A program made the translations under genes and the position numbers. A stretch of DNA of 64,000 nt, taken from IMG/VR virus record IMGVR_UViG_3300027029_000001, positions 2,966 through 66,965 of that record, one strand, 5' to 3'. Positions 45,689 to 55,001 of this stretch are shown here, piece after piece. Under the pieces are notes generated by a model. That model did no database searches and was not told where the DNA came from. It saw nothing but the letters and a program-made list of their open reading frames with translations. The stretch is from a virus (lineage: Duplodnaviria; Caudoviricetes). Each line of letters opens with the position of its first letter. Positions within the stretch are counted from its first letter, which is position 1.

Positions 45689-45885
45689 TTCCGCTGCCGG
45701 AATTCGTGCATCTGCTGCGCAAGGGCATCGACGAGCGCATGGCGGAATTGGCTGCGCCGCTGGTCGAGGGGCAGGCTATAGATTTCGCCAGCTATAAACA
45801 GCAAGCTGGCGTCATCGTTGGGCTGCGCGAGGCGCGCCAGCAAATCGACGATCTAATCAAACGAGTAAATGAGGGACCACTTTAA
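45685..45885 (+). CDS. Conserved small head-region protein
   Basis: MIPLPEF...DFASYKQQAGVIVGL; ATGA overlap. Confidence 0.7.
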   Translation: MIPLPEFVHLLRKGIDERMAELAAPLVEGQAIDFASYKQQAGVIVGLREARQQIDDLIKRVNEGPL

Positions 45886-46494
45886 ATGTCGAAGGAATTA
45901 TACGCAAATTCCGCATTGCATCGGTTCGTTCGCTACAGGGCGCGCGACGAAATCATGAAAGCTGTCGGCGACATTTCCGGCATCGAGCTGTTCGGCACGC
46001 AGCTGCTGGTGGCCCCGTATGTGCGGTCGGGTATTCTGCTGTCGCCGACCCTCGGCATCCCGGAAAGCGAAGTCCTCTCCTGCGATGCTCTCGCCGAGCT
46101 TTACGAGTCCGGGCGGGGCTTCATGGCGCAGAAGTTCGCGGTGGAGGATCTTTTCCAAGGCAAGGTCTGTCTCGTTTTGGCGCTCGGCACCGGGCTTCTC
46201 GAAACCGAAGCGCGGCGCAAAGAGATCGCCGAGCGCCTGGACGGTGGTCTACCGCCGGATGAATACGCTGATCTTCAGGACGAGGCGGCGTCATTAAAGC
46301 CGCTCGAATTTGGCGTCGGCGACTGGGTATTCACCCTCCAAGAAAACACCCGTGGCGTCTCGATCAGTGCGCCGGGAGCACAACAGAGCCGCGTCCTTAA
46401 GGCGCTTGGCATTGACTATGTTGGTTGGCCGTCCAAATTTCTGTACGCATCGGATGTTTACGGCAGGTTGAATGACCCGAATATTTTGGCGTGA
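45886..46494 (+). CDS. GroES-like co-chaperonin with insertions
   Basis: GTQLLVAP..SGILL...GKVCLVLALG...VGDWV. Confidence 0.55.
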   Translation: MSKELYANSALHRFVRYRARDEIMKAVGDISGIELFGTQLLVAPYVRSGILLSPTLGIPESEVLSCDALAELYESGRGFMAQKFAVEDLFQGKVCLVLALGTGLLETEARRKEIAERLDGGLPPDEYADLQDEAASLKPLEFGVGDWVFTLQENTRGVSISAPGAQQSRVLKALGIDYVGWPSKFLYASDVYGRLNDPNILA

Positions 46495-46500
46495 GGCCAG

Positions 46501-47529
46501 ATGAGCGAGCGACTTCCCAATCCCGACACGCTGACGCGACAGCCGTCACACCCTTCGGCCGGCGGCGATGCGACCGTTATCGACCGCGATGCGGTGTCGC
46601 CGGAAGATGCAGTCAAAGAGGCTCGCGAGGCCCGCGAGAATGCAGAGCGGGAGCGGGACGCAGCCAATGCCCGCGAGCAAGCGGCGCGCCGCGAGCGCGA
46701 CGAAGCGCAGCGGCGGGCGACCGATGCCGGATCGCAAGCCTGGACCGCGCAAGGACAGGCGATCGAGACTTCGATTTCGGCGCAGAATGAGATCATCAAG
46801 CAGGCCCGCACGGCAATCGCCACGGCACAGGCAGCCGGAGACGCCGAGGCGGTAGCGGATGCTTTTGTCAGGCTCTCCCAAGCGCAAGCGGCACTGCTGG
46901 ACTTCGGCAATCGAAAGGCATGGATCGAGCAGCAAAAGGCGCAGAAGCCTGCTGCCGAAGCACAGCCCCGCACAGACGGCACGACGGTAACGACGCCCGG
47001 CGGGACGATGCAGGTCGCGGCGCCCGCAAAGCAGTGGATGGACGCACATCCGCGCTTTTACAATGATGCCGGCTATTACAACCATGCCGTCGCGGCACAC
47101 TCGACGATCACGGCAGACGGCATTCAAGAGGGCACCCCGGCCTATTTTCGCGCCCTGGATGACCAGATGACTCGTTTCGAGCGGTTTGAGGCATTCGAGC
47201 GCGGCGACGGAGGAGATCAGGTGAGCAACAGCCAACAGCAGCGCCCCGCTCCCCAGCGCCGGGCATCCTCGATGGGCGCGCCGGTCTCGCGGTCATCCGC
47301 TTCCGTCACGAATTCCAATGGGCAAATCGACCCCCTGCGGATTGCGCAGCGCCTCGGAAACAACGTGACGATCGACGATTTGCGCGAGGCCGGGCGCATC
47401 GCCGGGTTTATGAAGAACCCCCAGGACGAGGCGGGCTTTCAAAAGTACCTCGCGGCACACCAGGAAATTTATGAGATCGACCGCGCGGGCGGCGACACCG
47501 GGCTTCGCAGCGACCAGGTTTACCGATGA
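46501..47529 (+). CDS. Scaffolding protein
   Basis: Long E/R/A-rich coiled coil; position between portal and capsid. Confidence 0.7.
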   Translation: MSERLPNPDTLTRQPSHPSAGGDATVIDRDAVSPEDAVKEAREARENAERERDAANAREQAARRERDEAQRRATDAGSQAWTAQGQAIETSISAQNEIIKQARTAIATAQAAGDAEAVADAFVRLSQAQAALLDFGNRKAWIEQQKAQKPAAEAQPRTDGTTVTTPGGTMQVAAPAKQWMDAHPRFYNDAGYYNHAVAAHSTITADGIQEGTPAYFRALDDQMTRFERFEAFERGDGGDQVSNSQQQRPAPQRRASSMGAPVSRSSASVTNSNGQIDPLRIAQRLGNNVTIDDLREAGRIAGFMKNPQDEAGFQKYLAAHQEIYEIDRAGGDTGLRSDQVYR

Positions 47530-48191
47530 CAGACGAAAGCCGCATCCTTTCGGAGCCGCCGCGCCCGAAACTGAGCGCAGAGCACAAGCGCAAGATGGCG
47601 ATGGGTCGCGAGAGGGCGCGATTGGCCCGTCAGGAAAAAGCCGATCGCACTCAGACCCGTGGCCGCCCAGCGGCTGTCGAAGGCGAGCGGCCGATGCCGC
47701 GCGAGATACCGGCGGACATGACGCCGGAAGAGCGTGCCATCCAGGACATCATCGACAGTGGCGGCACTGAGTTGACCCGGCAGTCGATGCAGGCCGGTGC
47801 CGATTTCGACATCCCGCTCAGAGGGCGCACGCCGGGCTGGGCTTATTGCTATTGGCCGGTCAAAGTCATGGGACAAGAGGTCGATCCCTCGACGATGGTC
47901 GAATACCGGCGAGGCGGCTGGATTCCCGTGCCCGCGTCGCATTTCCCGCAGCTCCGGGCGCCAGGGTCGCCCGCGACCACGATCGACCGGCACGGGCAGC
48001 GTATGTTTATGCGCCCCACGCGGCTGAACGAAGAAGCGCAGGCCGAGATGCACAAGCTGGCATATGAGCAGAAGTCCAGTCGTCTCGCGGCAGCGCAGGC
48101 CGGCGACGGCGGTCGTGAGTTTGCCCGCCGGGTCAATGCCGACGGCAGTCCGGCAGCGCGGATCGACGTGGATATAAAGCCGCTCATCTAA
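47526..48191 (+). CDS. Conserved head-region protein
   Basis: GWAYCYW...GGWIPV...QRMFMRP. Confidence 0.7.
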   Translation: MTDESRILSEPPRPKLSAEHKRKMAMGRERARLARQEKADRTQTRGRPAAVEGERPMPREIPADMTPEERAIQDIIDSGGTELTRQSMQAGADFDIPLRGRTPGWAYCYWPVKVMGQEVDPSTMVEYRRGGWIPVPASHFPQLRAPGSPATTIDRHGQRMFMRPTRLNEEAQAEMHKLAYEQKSSRLAAAQAGDGGREFARRVNADGSPAARIDVDIKPLI

Positions 48192-48265
48192 AGGTAATTC
48201 AGTTTGGTGCGGCCGATGTATAAGCCTCTTGATCCGGAGATCGAGTTATGTCCCGCAATCTCGGC

Positions 48266-49009
48266 TTAGAGACGATCGATTTCGTAGAGAACATCCGTGA
48301 CGCGGATTGCGAAATCCCGCAAAACTGCCGCTACCTCATGGTCCGCCAGCCCGGCCGCAGCTTCATTGAACGTTATAAAAACGGCGAGCAATGTGTTGCC
48401 TTGCGCCGCGCCGAGCCTTTCTCCGGCTCCGAGTCGAAACAGGACGGTCTTGTTTTCCAGGCGTTCAATAATTTTGGCACCGCCAATAACCATGTGGCGG
48501 GTCCCAACCATCAGATACCCGTCGACTTGAGGCTTGGCGATTACCAGCCTTTGATGCTTACGCAAAATGTCCAGACGGTGAAGGGGCCACAGCACCGCAT
48601 CCCCTCCTTGGTATGGCTTGAATGCTTTGATCGCAGCGCGCTCCCGAGGGGAAAGCCACTTTATGCTTTCGATGCCTGTCAGCGGATCGATGAAGTCGAG
48701 CAAGCATCTAAAGATTGGAAAATGCGTGTGGGCATCCGGATTTTTGCCGTTCCGGATGGCAAGCGCTGCCGCGATAAGATCGAGGCTGCTGCGCAGGGAA
48801 TTGATGATTGCGCCGACCCAAGCGTTGAAAGTGAGTGGGAACGGCTGGTCATACACTATCGCTGCGTCGCCAGCGCCGTCCGGGTGTGGCTCTTGGATGA
48901 CCGGATAGGGATTAGCGCGTTGCCATTCGATGAACCCTTGCTGGAGCAATGGGATTTGGGTTTCGGCCCATATAAGGGCAGCCTGAGCATCTAGGAGATC
49001 GTCGCGCAT
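48266..49009 (-). CDS. Accessory (moron) protein, possibly HEPN-like
   Basis: IINSLRSSLD...FPIF...PYQGG...LHRLDILRKH; lower GC; antisense. Confidence 0.65.
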   Translation of the reverse strand: MRDDLLDAQAALIWAETQIPLLQQGFIEWQRANPYPVIQEPHPDGAGDAAIVYDQPFPLTFNAWVGAIINSLRSSLDLIAAALAIRNGKNPDAHTHFPIFRCLLDFIDPLTGIESIKWLSPRERAAIKAFKPYQGGDAVLWPLHRLDILRKHQRLVIAKPQVDGYLMVGTRHMVIGGAKIIERLENKTVLFRLGAGERLGAAQGNTLLAVFITFNEAAAGLADHEVAAVLRDFAIRVTDVLYEIDRL

Positions 49010-49113
49010 GGCGAATGGGCCTCAGTTTCGAACGGAGAACGGGTGCCTATGGCACTCATGGGATGGGCATGAGTGGTGGAATGGCGATCCGGACGAAATC
49101 ACGAGAGATTTAG

Positions 49114-49350
49114 CTAATCGGAGAGCCGGTTTGCCAGTAGCTGAATCAGCCGCCGTCCTAAATCCCGCTGGTTTGGGCAGGGAATGTCTGCCATTTCGTA
49201 CTTTACCCGCAGCCGCATCGAAGAAGGGGTCTGCGTTGGGGTCGATAGCAAAAGCTCCGCGCGAATCGTCACCGGGCCGTCGCTCTGTTCTTGTTCGATT
49301 GAGTAGCTTTCCAGGGTTATCGACCTGGCGTCGGTTTTTACGAGTTCCAT
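49114..49350 (-). CDS. Small moron protein
   Basis: GGAG RBS; 78 aa. Confidence 0.55.
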   Translation of the reverse strand: MELVKTDARSITLESYSIEQEQSDGPVTIRAELLLSTPTQTPSSMRLRVKYEMADIPCPNQRDLGRRLIQLLANRLSD

Positions 49351-49491
49351 TAATCCGCTCCTAGCGGGTTGGCGCCCGTTAGGATAGCGAGGGGCGCGAC
49401 CGGGTGCGAATCCGGTCCCGCCGTGCTACCCGCGCCCCTCCGAAGCACCGGCCGTCAGTTGATCTGAGTCACTACCCATCTAAAATACTTA

Positions 49492-49520
49492 TTGACAAAA
49501 TGTCCGAGCGATTTTAGCGC
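49492..49520 (+). promoter_or_regulatory. Promoter candidate for capsid genes, TTGACA-N17-TAGCGC
   Basis: Consensus -35, weak -10. Confidence 0.45.
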
Positions 49521-49618
49521 GAGCCTATGTAGGCGCTCCTTGCGCTAAGGACGCGCCTTAACAGCGGTTCCGGCCTGACGGCGCTCTGAGGGTTACGGGT
49601 CCGGCATAGGACAATGCC

Positions 49619-50269
49619 GTGGCAACATTGACCCTAGCGCCCTTTGGGCTGCAGCCGACTCGGCTGCTCCAGGGAGCGGCGCCGACTTATCAGGCAAACC
49701 AGTATTTTATCAAGAAGGGCTACGGCTCGGCGATCGGCTTTGGCGATCTTGTGCTGACCCAGGGCTCGTCGACGAATTACGGCTATGTCGGCATCTACAC
49801 CGAGACCGGGACACACACTCTTGGTGTATTCGGCGGCTGCCTCCCGTATTTCGATACGGTGCTCCAACAGTACGTCAACAAACAGTGGTATTCCGGTTCG
49901 GAAAACCCCGCTGGCGACATCCAGTGCCTGGTCTACGACGACCCGGCAATGGTTTTTACTGCACAAATCGGCGGCACCAACGCGTCGAACCCCGGCAACA
50001 TCCTCGATCGCGGCGGCAATATCGATGTCGCGCAGAACGGATCGCCGAACACTTCAACCGGCATTTCAACGGCATATCTGGACGCCGCGTCGTACAACAA
50101 CGTCACCGCGACCTTGCCGCTGCGCATCGTCGGCCTGAGCCAGATGTTCCGGCTCGGGTACGACCCAGTGTCCACCTATTATTCCTGGGCGCAATCGGGA
50201 CAGCCTACGAACAACTACCTCGAAGTGGTGCTCAATACTTCCGAGTACCGCACGTCTACCGGCATCTGA
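49619..50269 (+). CDS. Capsid cement/decoration-type protein
   Basis: APFGLQP...YFIKKG...IGFGDLV; directly before major capsid gene. Confidence 0.7.
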   Translation: MATLTLAPFGLQPTRLLQGAAPTYQANQYFIKKGYGSAIGFGDLVLTQGSSTNYGYVGIYTETGTHTLGVFGGCLPYFDTVLQQYVNKQWYSGSENPAGDIQCLVYDDPAMVFTAQIGGTNASNPGNILDRGGNIDVAQNGSPNTSTGISTAYLDAASYNNVTATLPLRIVGLSQMFRLGYDPVSTYYSWAQSGQPTNNYLEVVLNTSEYRTSTGI

Positions 50270-50281
50270 GGGAGTTGACCG

Positions 50282-51190
50282 ATGGCAATCACGACTGCCC
50301 AGATCCCGGCTCTCTTGCTTCCGGGTGTGCGCAAGATCAAAGGCGACTACGCCGAAATCCCGATGCAGCAAAGCCAGGTGTTCGCCTGGACGCACTCCGA
50401 CCTTCAGGTCGAGCGCACTGTGTCGGCGCGCTATCTGCCGCTTGCCGGTTTGAAAAATCAGGGAATGCCGACGAATTTCGACAATGGCGCCGGTCAGCGC
50501 TACGTCTACTCGCACATCCATGTCGCGATCGGGCTCGGTTACTCGTTCTCGCGGGAGTCGATCGACGACAATCTCTACAAGCAGCAATTCGATCCGACCA
50601 ACCTCGGGCTCATCAAGTCCTTCCGTCAGACCAAGGAAATCATCGCCGCCGACGTATTCAACACCGGGAATGTCTACAATGCAGCGATTGGCGGCGATGG
50701 GGTGGCGCTTTTCTCGACGGCCCATCCGATCGACGGCGGCACAGTCGCCAACACGCCCGCGAATCCGATCGGCCTCAATGAGGCGTCGCTGCTCTATCTG
50801 AACAACCTCGTCCGCCGGTTCCGCGACAATGCGGCACTCCTCATTGGCGCGCAGGCGAAGAAGCTGCTCGTTCCGGTCGAACTGCGCCACGTCGCCAAGC
50901 GGCTGCTCGAGACGCCACTCCGCACCGGCACGGCCAACAACGACATCAATGCCGTCAAGGAGTACAACGACCTGACCGACGGCTATCTGGTCATGGACTT
51001 CCTGACCAGCCCCTATGCGTGGTTCCTGTGCTCCGACCAGGGCGGCTTCATCGGCCTCGATCGCGTGCCGTTCGAGACCAGCATGCAGGTTGATTTTACG
51101 ACTGACAACTTGCTGGTTAAGGCATACGAAAGATACTACATTGGGTTCGACGATTGGCGAGCTGGGGCCGGCTCGTTCCCGCTGAATTGA
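50282..51190 (+). CDS. Major capsid protein
   Basis: MAITTAQIPALLLPGV...ALFSTAHP...KLLVPVEL...FLTSPYAWF. Confidence 0.92.
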   Translation: MAITTAQIPALLLPGVRKIKGDYAEIPMQQSQVFAWTHSDLQVERTVSARYLPLAGLKNQGMPTNFDNGAGQRYVYSHIHVAIGLGYSFSRESIDDNLYKQQFDPTNLGLIKSFRQTKEIIAADVFNTGNVYNAAIGGDGVALFSTAHPIDGGTVANTPANPIGLNEASLLYLNNLVRRFRDNAALLIGAQAKKLLVPVELRHVAKRLLETPLRTGTANNDINAVKEYNDLTDGYLVMDFLTSPYAWFLCSDQGGFIGLDRVPFETSMQVDFTTDNLLVKAYERYYIGFDDWRAGAGSFPLN

Positions 51191-51208
51191 CGCGGGGATT
51201 GTAGCCAG

Positions 51209-52501
51209 ATGGGTGCCACCAACTTCACCGGCCCGCTCTTCGTCAGCGGCGACCTAGAGCAGCTAGAGGCGTCGCCGGGCGGCACGATTCTACTGCCGGA
51301 CCCAAACCCCGATCGCGGGCCGTCAATGCTGTTCGGCGGCTACGGCCTGCCGGACACGCGCTACACCTTTCTGAAAGACACCGTGCAGGGTTACGCGGGG
51401 CGGGTTCCCGAATTGCTGGTTTCGCCCAGCGTCGTCAGCATCAACGCTATTCCGGCCGCCCACGGCGCCGCAGTTATCGCAGCGGCAGCCAATGTGACTT
51501 CGGGCACCGCGATGACGCTCGTCACCACGGCATCATTCGGGATTGCCCCCGGCATCCCGATCGTCCCTTTCACCGGGACATTGAATGGTGCTGCTCCGGT
51601 CACGCCGGCAATGGTGCTGGACTTCGGTTTTGCCTATGGGACGACGACGACCGGAGCGACTGCCCAAACCGTCACGGTGCTGGATTCGACGCTGTTCCCG
51701 GTCGGCATGCCGCTTGTTATCGCCAATGCCGGTGCGGCCTCTGGAACGACCCCGCTGCTGACCTGGGTAACGGGGCGGCCGACCGCGACGACAATCACGA
51801 TCAACAACCCGGCACTTCAGGCGGGCAGCTTCCCGATCGGTTCCGGCAATCTCTGGTCGCCGAGCGAGTTTGGTCAATTGACCCCGACCGCGCACCTACC
51901 GATGGTCAATGCCGGGCCTGGGCTCTTCATGGACCCTCGCCAGTCGATCGCGCGCGGCATCGTCGTGACCGCCAACAATGCGGCCGGCGTGGGGGGTGCC
52001 GTCGTCGTGCGCGGGTACGATGTCTACTGGCAGCCAATGGCCGAGTCGATCACGATCACGCCCGGCACCGCACTGGCCGCTTACGGCAAGAAAGCCTTCA
52101 AGGCCATCGCGTCGGTTACGCCGGCCTTTACCGACGGCACCTATACCTATTCGATCGGGACATCCGACGTGTTCGGCTTTGTCGAGCGCACGGATTACCT
52201 CGAAGAGACAATGGTGTGGTGGGGTGGTGCACTGAGCGCCGGCGCCAATTACGGGTTTGTCGCCGCCGACACCACCAATCCGGCGACGGCGACGACCGGC
52301 GACGTGCGCGGCACCATCCAAACCTCGGCGATCGGCGGGGGCACCGGCCTCGGCTCGACCGCATCCAACGGCTCTGTCTCGACCATCACGGTTTCAGGCA
52401 ACCGTCTGCGCATGGCATCGTCGATGACGGTCTGGCAGCAGACGCAGAACCGCCTGGCTGCGCCGCAGTACGGCTTCGGCCAGGTCAATTTCACGGAATG
52501 A
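51209..52501 (+). CDS. Structural protein (beta-rich)
   Basis: MGATNFTGP start; follows capsid gene; Cys-free. Confidence 0.7.
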   Translation: MGATNFTGPLFVSGDLEQLEASPGGTILLPDPNPDRGPSMLFGGYGLPDTRYTFLKDTVQGYAGRVPELLVSPSVVSINAIPAAHGAAVIAAAANVTSGTAMTLVTTASFGIAPGIPIVPFTGTLNGAAPVTPAMVLDFGFAYGTTTTGATAQTVTVLDSTLFPVGMPLVIANAGAASGTTPLLTWVTGRPTATTITINNPALQAGSFPIGSGNLWSPSEFGQLTPTAHLPMVNAGPGLFMDPRQSIARGIVVTANNAAGVGGAVVVRGYDVYWQPMAESITITPGTALAAYGKKAFKAIASVTPAFTDGTYTYSIGTSDVFGFVERTDYLEETMVWWGGALSAGANYGFVAADTTNPATATTGDVRGTIQTSAIGGGTGLGSTASNGSVSTITVSGNRLRMASSMTVWQQTQNRLAAPQYGFGQVNFTE

Positions 52502-52502
52502 C

Positions 52503-53255
52503 GTGAACCCGGTCAAATGCTCTTTGTCGCTGGCCGCTGCCTCCGCGAACAATATCGCGCTCAGTCAGACGCCGGTATCCGGGACTGCGCTGACGATCAA
52601 CGGTTCGGCAGCCAGCGGAGGCGTCGCGACTCTCGACGTGGCACGTCGCGTCCTGCTGACTTACGGCAATGAGGCCGCGGCCCGCACGCTGATCGTCACC
52701 GGGACGAACCGCAGCGGCAATGCTATCTCCGAGACATTGGCGGTTCCGAGCGGCGCCGGCGGCACGGTTTACACGCTGCAGGATTTTCTGACCGTCACCA
52801 GCTTACTGCCAGAGGGCGGAGGCTGGACGGCCGCCGTGACGGTCGGGACAAACGCGGTCGGCTCGACGCCGTGGTTCTACCGCGAGTGGGGTCAGATTGG
52901 AAAGATGGGCGTGTTGGTTTCGATACCGGCCAGCGGGCCGACCGTGCAGCTTGAAGTCACTTGGGACGACCCGAATGCCAGCCTTCAGGTTTACCCCTAC
53001 GGGGCATCCCCCGAGCCGCTGAGCGCAGTGCCGCCATTGGCTGTCCTGGCGCCGGCCTCCGAGGCGATCTTTGCGCCCACGACCGGGCTCGCATTGGCGA
53101 CGCAGAGTTGGGCCGGCATCACGTCCACTGGCGGAGGTGCTGCTGGTGCATTCGACGTGCCGGTGTTCGCCATGCGGATGACCAATACCGCCGGAACCGG
53201 CACGGCCACCTTCTACATGGTCGAATCCACGGCCGATCGCAAAGAGGCTTACTAG
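52503..53255 (+). CDS. Structural protein
   Basis: 250 aa, Thr/Gly/Ala-rich. Confidence 0.65.
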   Translation: MNPVKCSLSLAAASANNIALSQTPVSGTALTINGSAASGGVATLDVARRVLLTYGNEAAARTLIVTGTNRSGNAISETLAVPSGAGGTVYTLQDFLTVTSLLPEGGGWTAAVTVGTNAVGSTPWFYREWGQIGKMGVLVSIPASGPTVQLEVTWDDPNASLQVYPYGASPEPLSAVPPLAVLAPASEAIFAPTTGLALATQSWAGITSTGGGAAGAFDVPVFAMRMTNTAGTGTATFYMVESTADRKEAY

Positions 53256-53265
53256 GAGTGCCGCA

Positions 53266-53508
53266 ATGAACGACGAGATGCGCACGAAGCTCAAGAAATT
53301 ACGGGATCGCATTGCCGGCCACGATCCTCAACCGGTCCCGGCAATGCTGCTCGCCGAGCTGATCGACCACATGCTGGCTGCCGCAACGCCGGCCGAGCAA
53401 AAGAAAGCTCCCGAACCAACCGGGGCACCACACGCACAATCCCCGGCTGGCACCCCAGTCGTTTTCGGGCCGGCTACTGGAATGGAGAGCGGCAATGAAA
53501 AGCGGTAG
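53266..53508 (+). CDS. Hypothetical protein
   Basis: AGGAG RBS. Confidence 0.6.
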   Translation: MNDEMRTKLKKLRDRIAGHDPQPVPAMLLAELIDHMLAAATPAEQKKAPEPTGAPHAQSPAGTPVVFGPATGMESGNEKR

Positions 53509-53878
53509 TCACGGCCACGTCGGCAAGCACGAGGAAGAGCACAAGGCTCATAGCGAGCACCACCATCACGCCGGCCACAAGGGCGCTGTCGTGCATGTCC
53601 ATGCCAAGGCGGCGGGCGGCCGTATGGAGCCCCCGGAGCCGAAGGCCAAGGAGGACGAGCGCACGAAGGAAATGGTCGCCGAGGAAGATCGTGGCGAAAA
53701 GCGCGGCGGCTCCGTCAAGGGCAAGATGACCAAGCATCGCGCCGACCGGCGCGCTCGAGGGGGCCGGATGACACCGAAGGAGCCGTTCTCGGGTGCCGGC
53801 AGCACGCCAAAGATGTCCTACGAGTCGAAGCTCAGCCACGTCGACATGGGCGGCAAGGGCAGCGAGCCCCGTCCCTGA
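53495..53878 (+). CDS. His/Lys-rich protein with xGG-hydrophobic repeats
   Basis: HSEHHHHAGH, KRGGSVKG, ARGGRM. Confidence 0.7.
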   Translation: MKSGSHGHVGKHEEEHKAHSEHHHHAGHKGAVVHVHAKAAGGRMEPPEPKAKEDERTKEMVAEEDRGEKRGGSVKGKMTKHRADRRARGGRMTPKEPFSGAGSTPKMSYESKLSHVDMGGKGSEPRP

Positions 53879-53889
53879 GAGGTGTCGAT

Positions 53890-54180
53890 ATGGTGGCGAG
53901 AACGCCTAGCGGGTCGGTAAAAGCGTCGGCGCGCCATGCTGCGGAAAAGCGCGGGCACACCATGCCCGGCGGGTCTTTCCCGATCAACAATGCGGGAGAC
54001 CTCCAAAATGCCAAGCACGACATCGGCCGGGCGAAAAACCCGGCGGCGGCGCGTCGATGGGTCAACAAGCGCGCGCACGAGATGGGCGAGCCCGGCATCG
54101 GCGAAAAGCGCGGCGGCAAGGTCAATGGCCGTGAAACGATGCGGCGCCCTGACCGGCGCGCACGCAAAAATGGCGACTGA
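53890..54180 (+). CDS. Small basic conserved phage protein
   Basis: MPGGSFPINNAGDLQNA...KRAHEMG. Confidence 0.7.
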   Translation: MVARTPSGSVKASARHAAEKRGHTMPGGSFPINNAGDLQNAKHDIGRAKNPAAARRWVNKRAHEMGEPGIGEKRGGKVNGRETMRRPDRRARKNGD

Positions 54181-54182
54181 CG

Positions 54183-55001
54183 GTGCAGGGCGTTCCCGGC
54201 ACACCAAGTGGGACTTACGCATTCCAGTTGCCCTATGGCGGGGTCATGCTGGAAGCGTTCTCGCGCTGCCAGATGCGCCCGACCGAATTGGGCACCCAGC
54301 ACACGCATGATTTCACGGTTTCCATCAACCTGGCGCTCCAGTCCTGGATCAATAAGGGCGTCAACCTCTTTTCGGTCATCCAGGGCTTCATCCAGATTCA
54401 GCCGAATGTCGCGAGCTACACGCTGCCTCCCGAAATCGTGTCGCTGACGGATGTCTACTTCAACCAGATCGTCTCGACGGGCCCTGGCCCGGACTGGGAC
54501 TCGCCGCTCTACGATCCTTCGCAGCCGATCGTCACGAACGATCCGCAGATTGTCGTCACGCAGAGCCTGGACCGCTGGATACAGCCGCTTGGCCGCGCCG
54601 ACTATGCGCGCATTCCGAACAAGACGATCCCTGGCCTGCCGACAAGCTATTGGGCTGATCGCCTCGGCCCTCCCGAGCCGTTGACGGTCACGTTCTGGCA
54701 AGTACCGACCGAAGGCTACCCGAATTGGGGTGCGACCTATTTCGGGGTCCGGCAGCTACAGGATGCGCACCTGCAAAACGGCGAGACCCCGGACGTCCCG
54801 AACCGCTTCCTCGATGCGCTGTGCGCCGAGGGCGCGCTGCGAATGGCACGGAAGTATGCGCCGGCGCTGATCGGCGCCCGGGGACAAGGCGGCCTGTTGG
54901 ACGATCGCGATGAGGCGTGGGCTTTGGCGATTGCCGAGGACACGGAAAAGGGTGCGGCGATCAGGTTCAATATGGACATGGCCGGCTACTGGCAAATGTG
55001 A
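54183..55001 (+). CDS. Head-tail adaptor / tail tubular-type protein
   Basis: SINLALQSWINKGVNLF...DYARIPNK...PTSYW...DVPNRFLDALC. Confidence 0.75.
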   Translation: MQGVPGTPSGTYAFQLPYGGVMLEAFSRCQMRPTELGTQHTHDFTVSINLALQSWINKGVNLFSVIQGFIQIQPNVASYTLPPEIVSLTDVYFNQIVSTGPGPDWDSPLYDPSQPIVTNDPQIVVTQSLDRWIQPLGRADYARIPNKTIPGLPTSYWADRLGPPEPLTVTFWQVPTEGYPNWGATYFGVRQLQDAHLQNGETPDVPNRFLDALCAEGALRMARKYAPALIGARGQGGLLDDRDEAWALAIAEDTEKGAAIRFNMDMAGYWQM

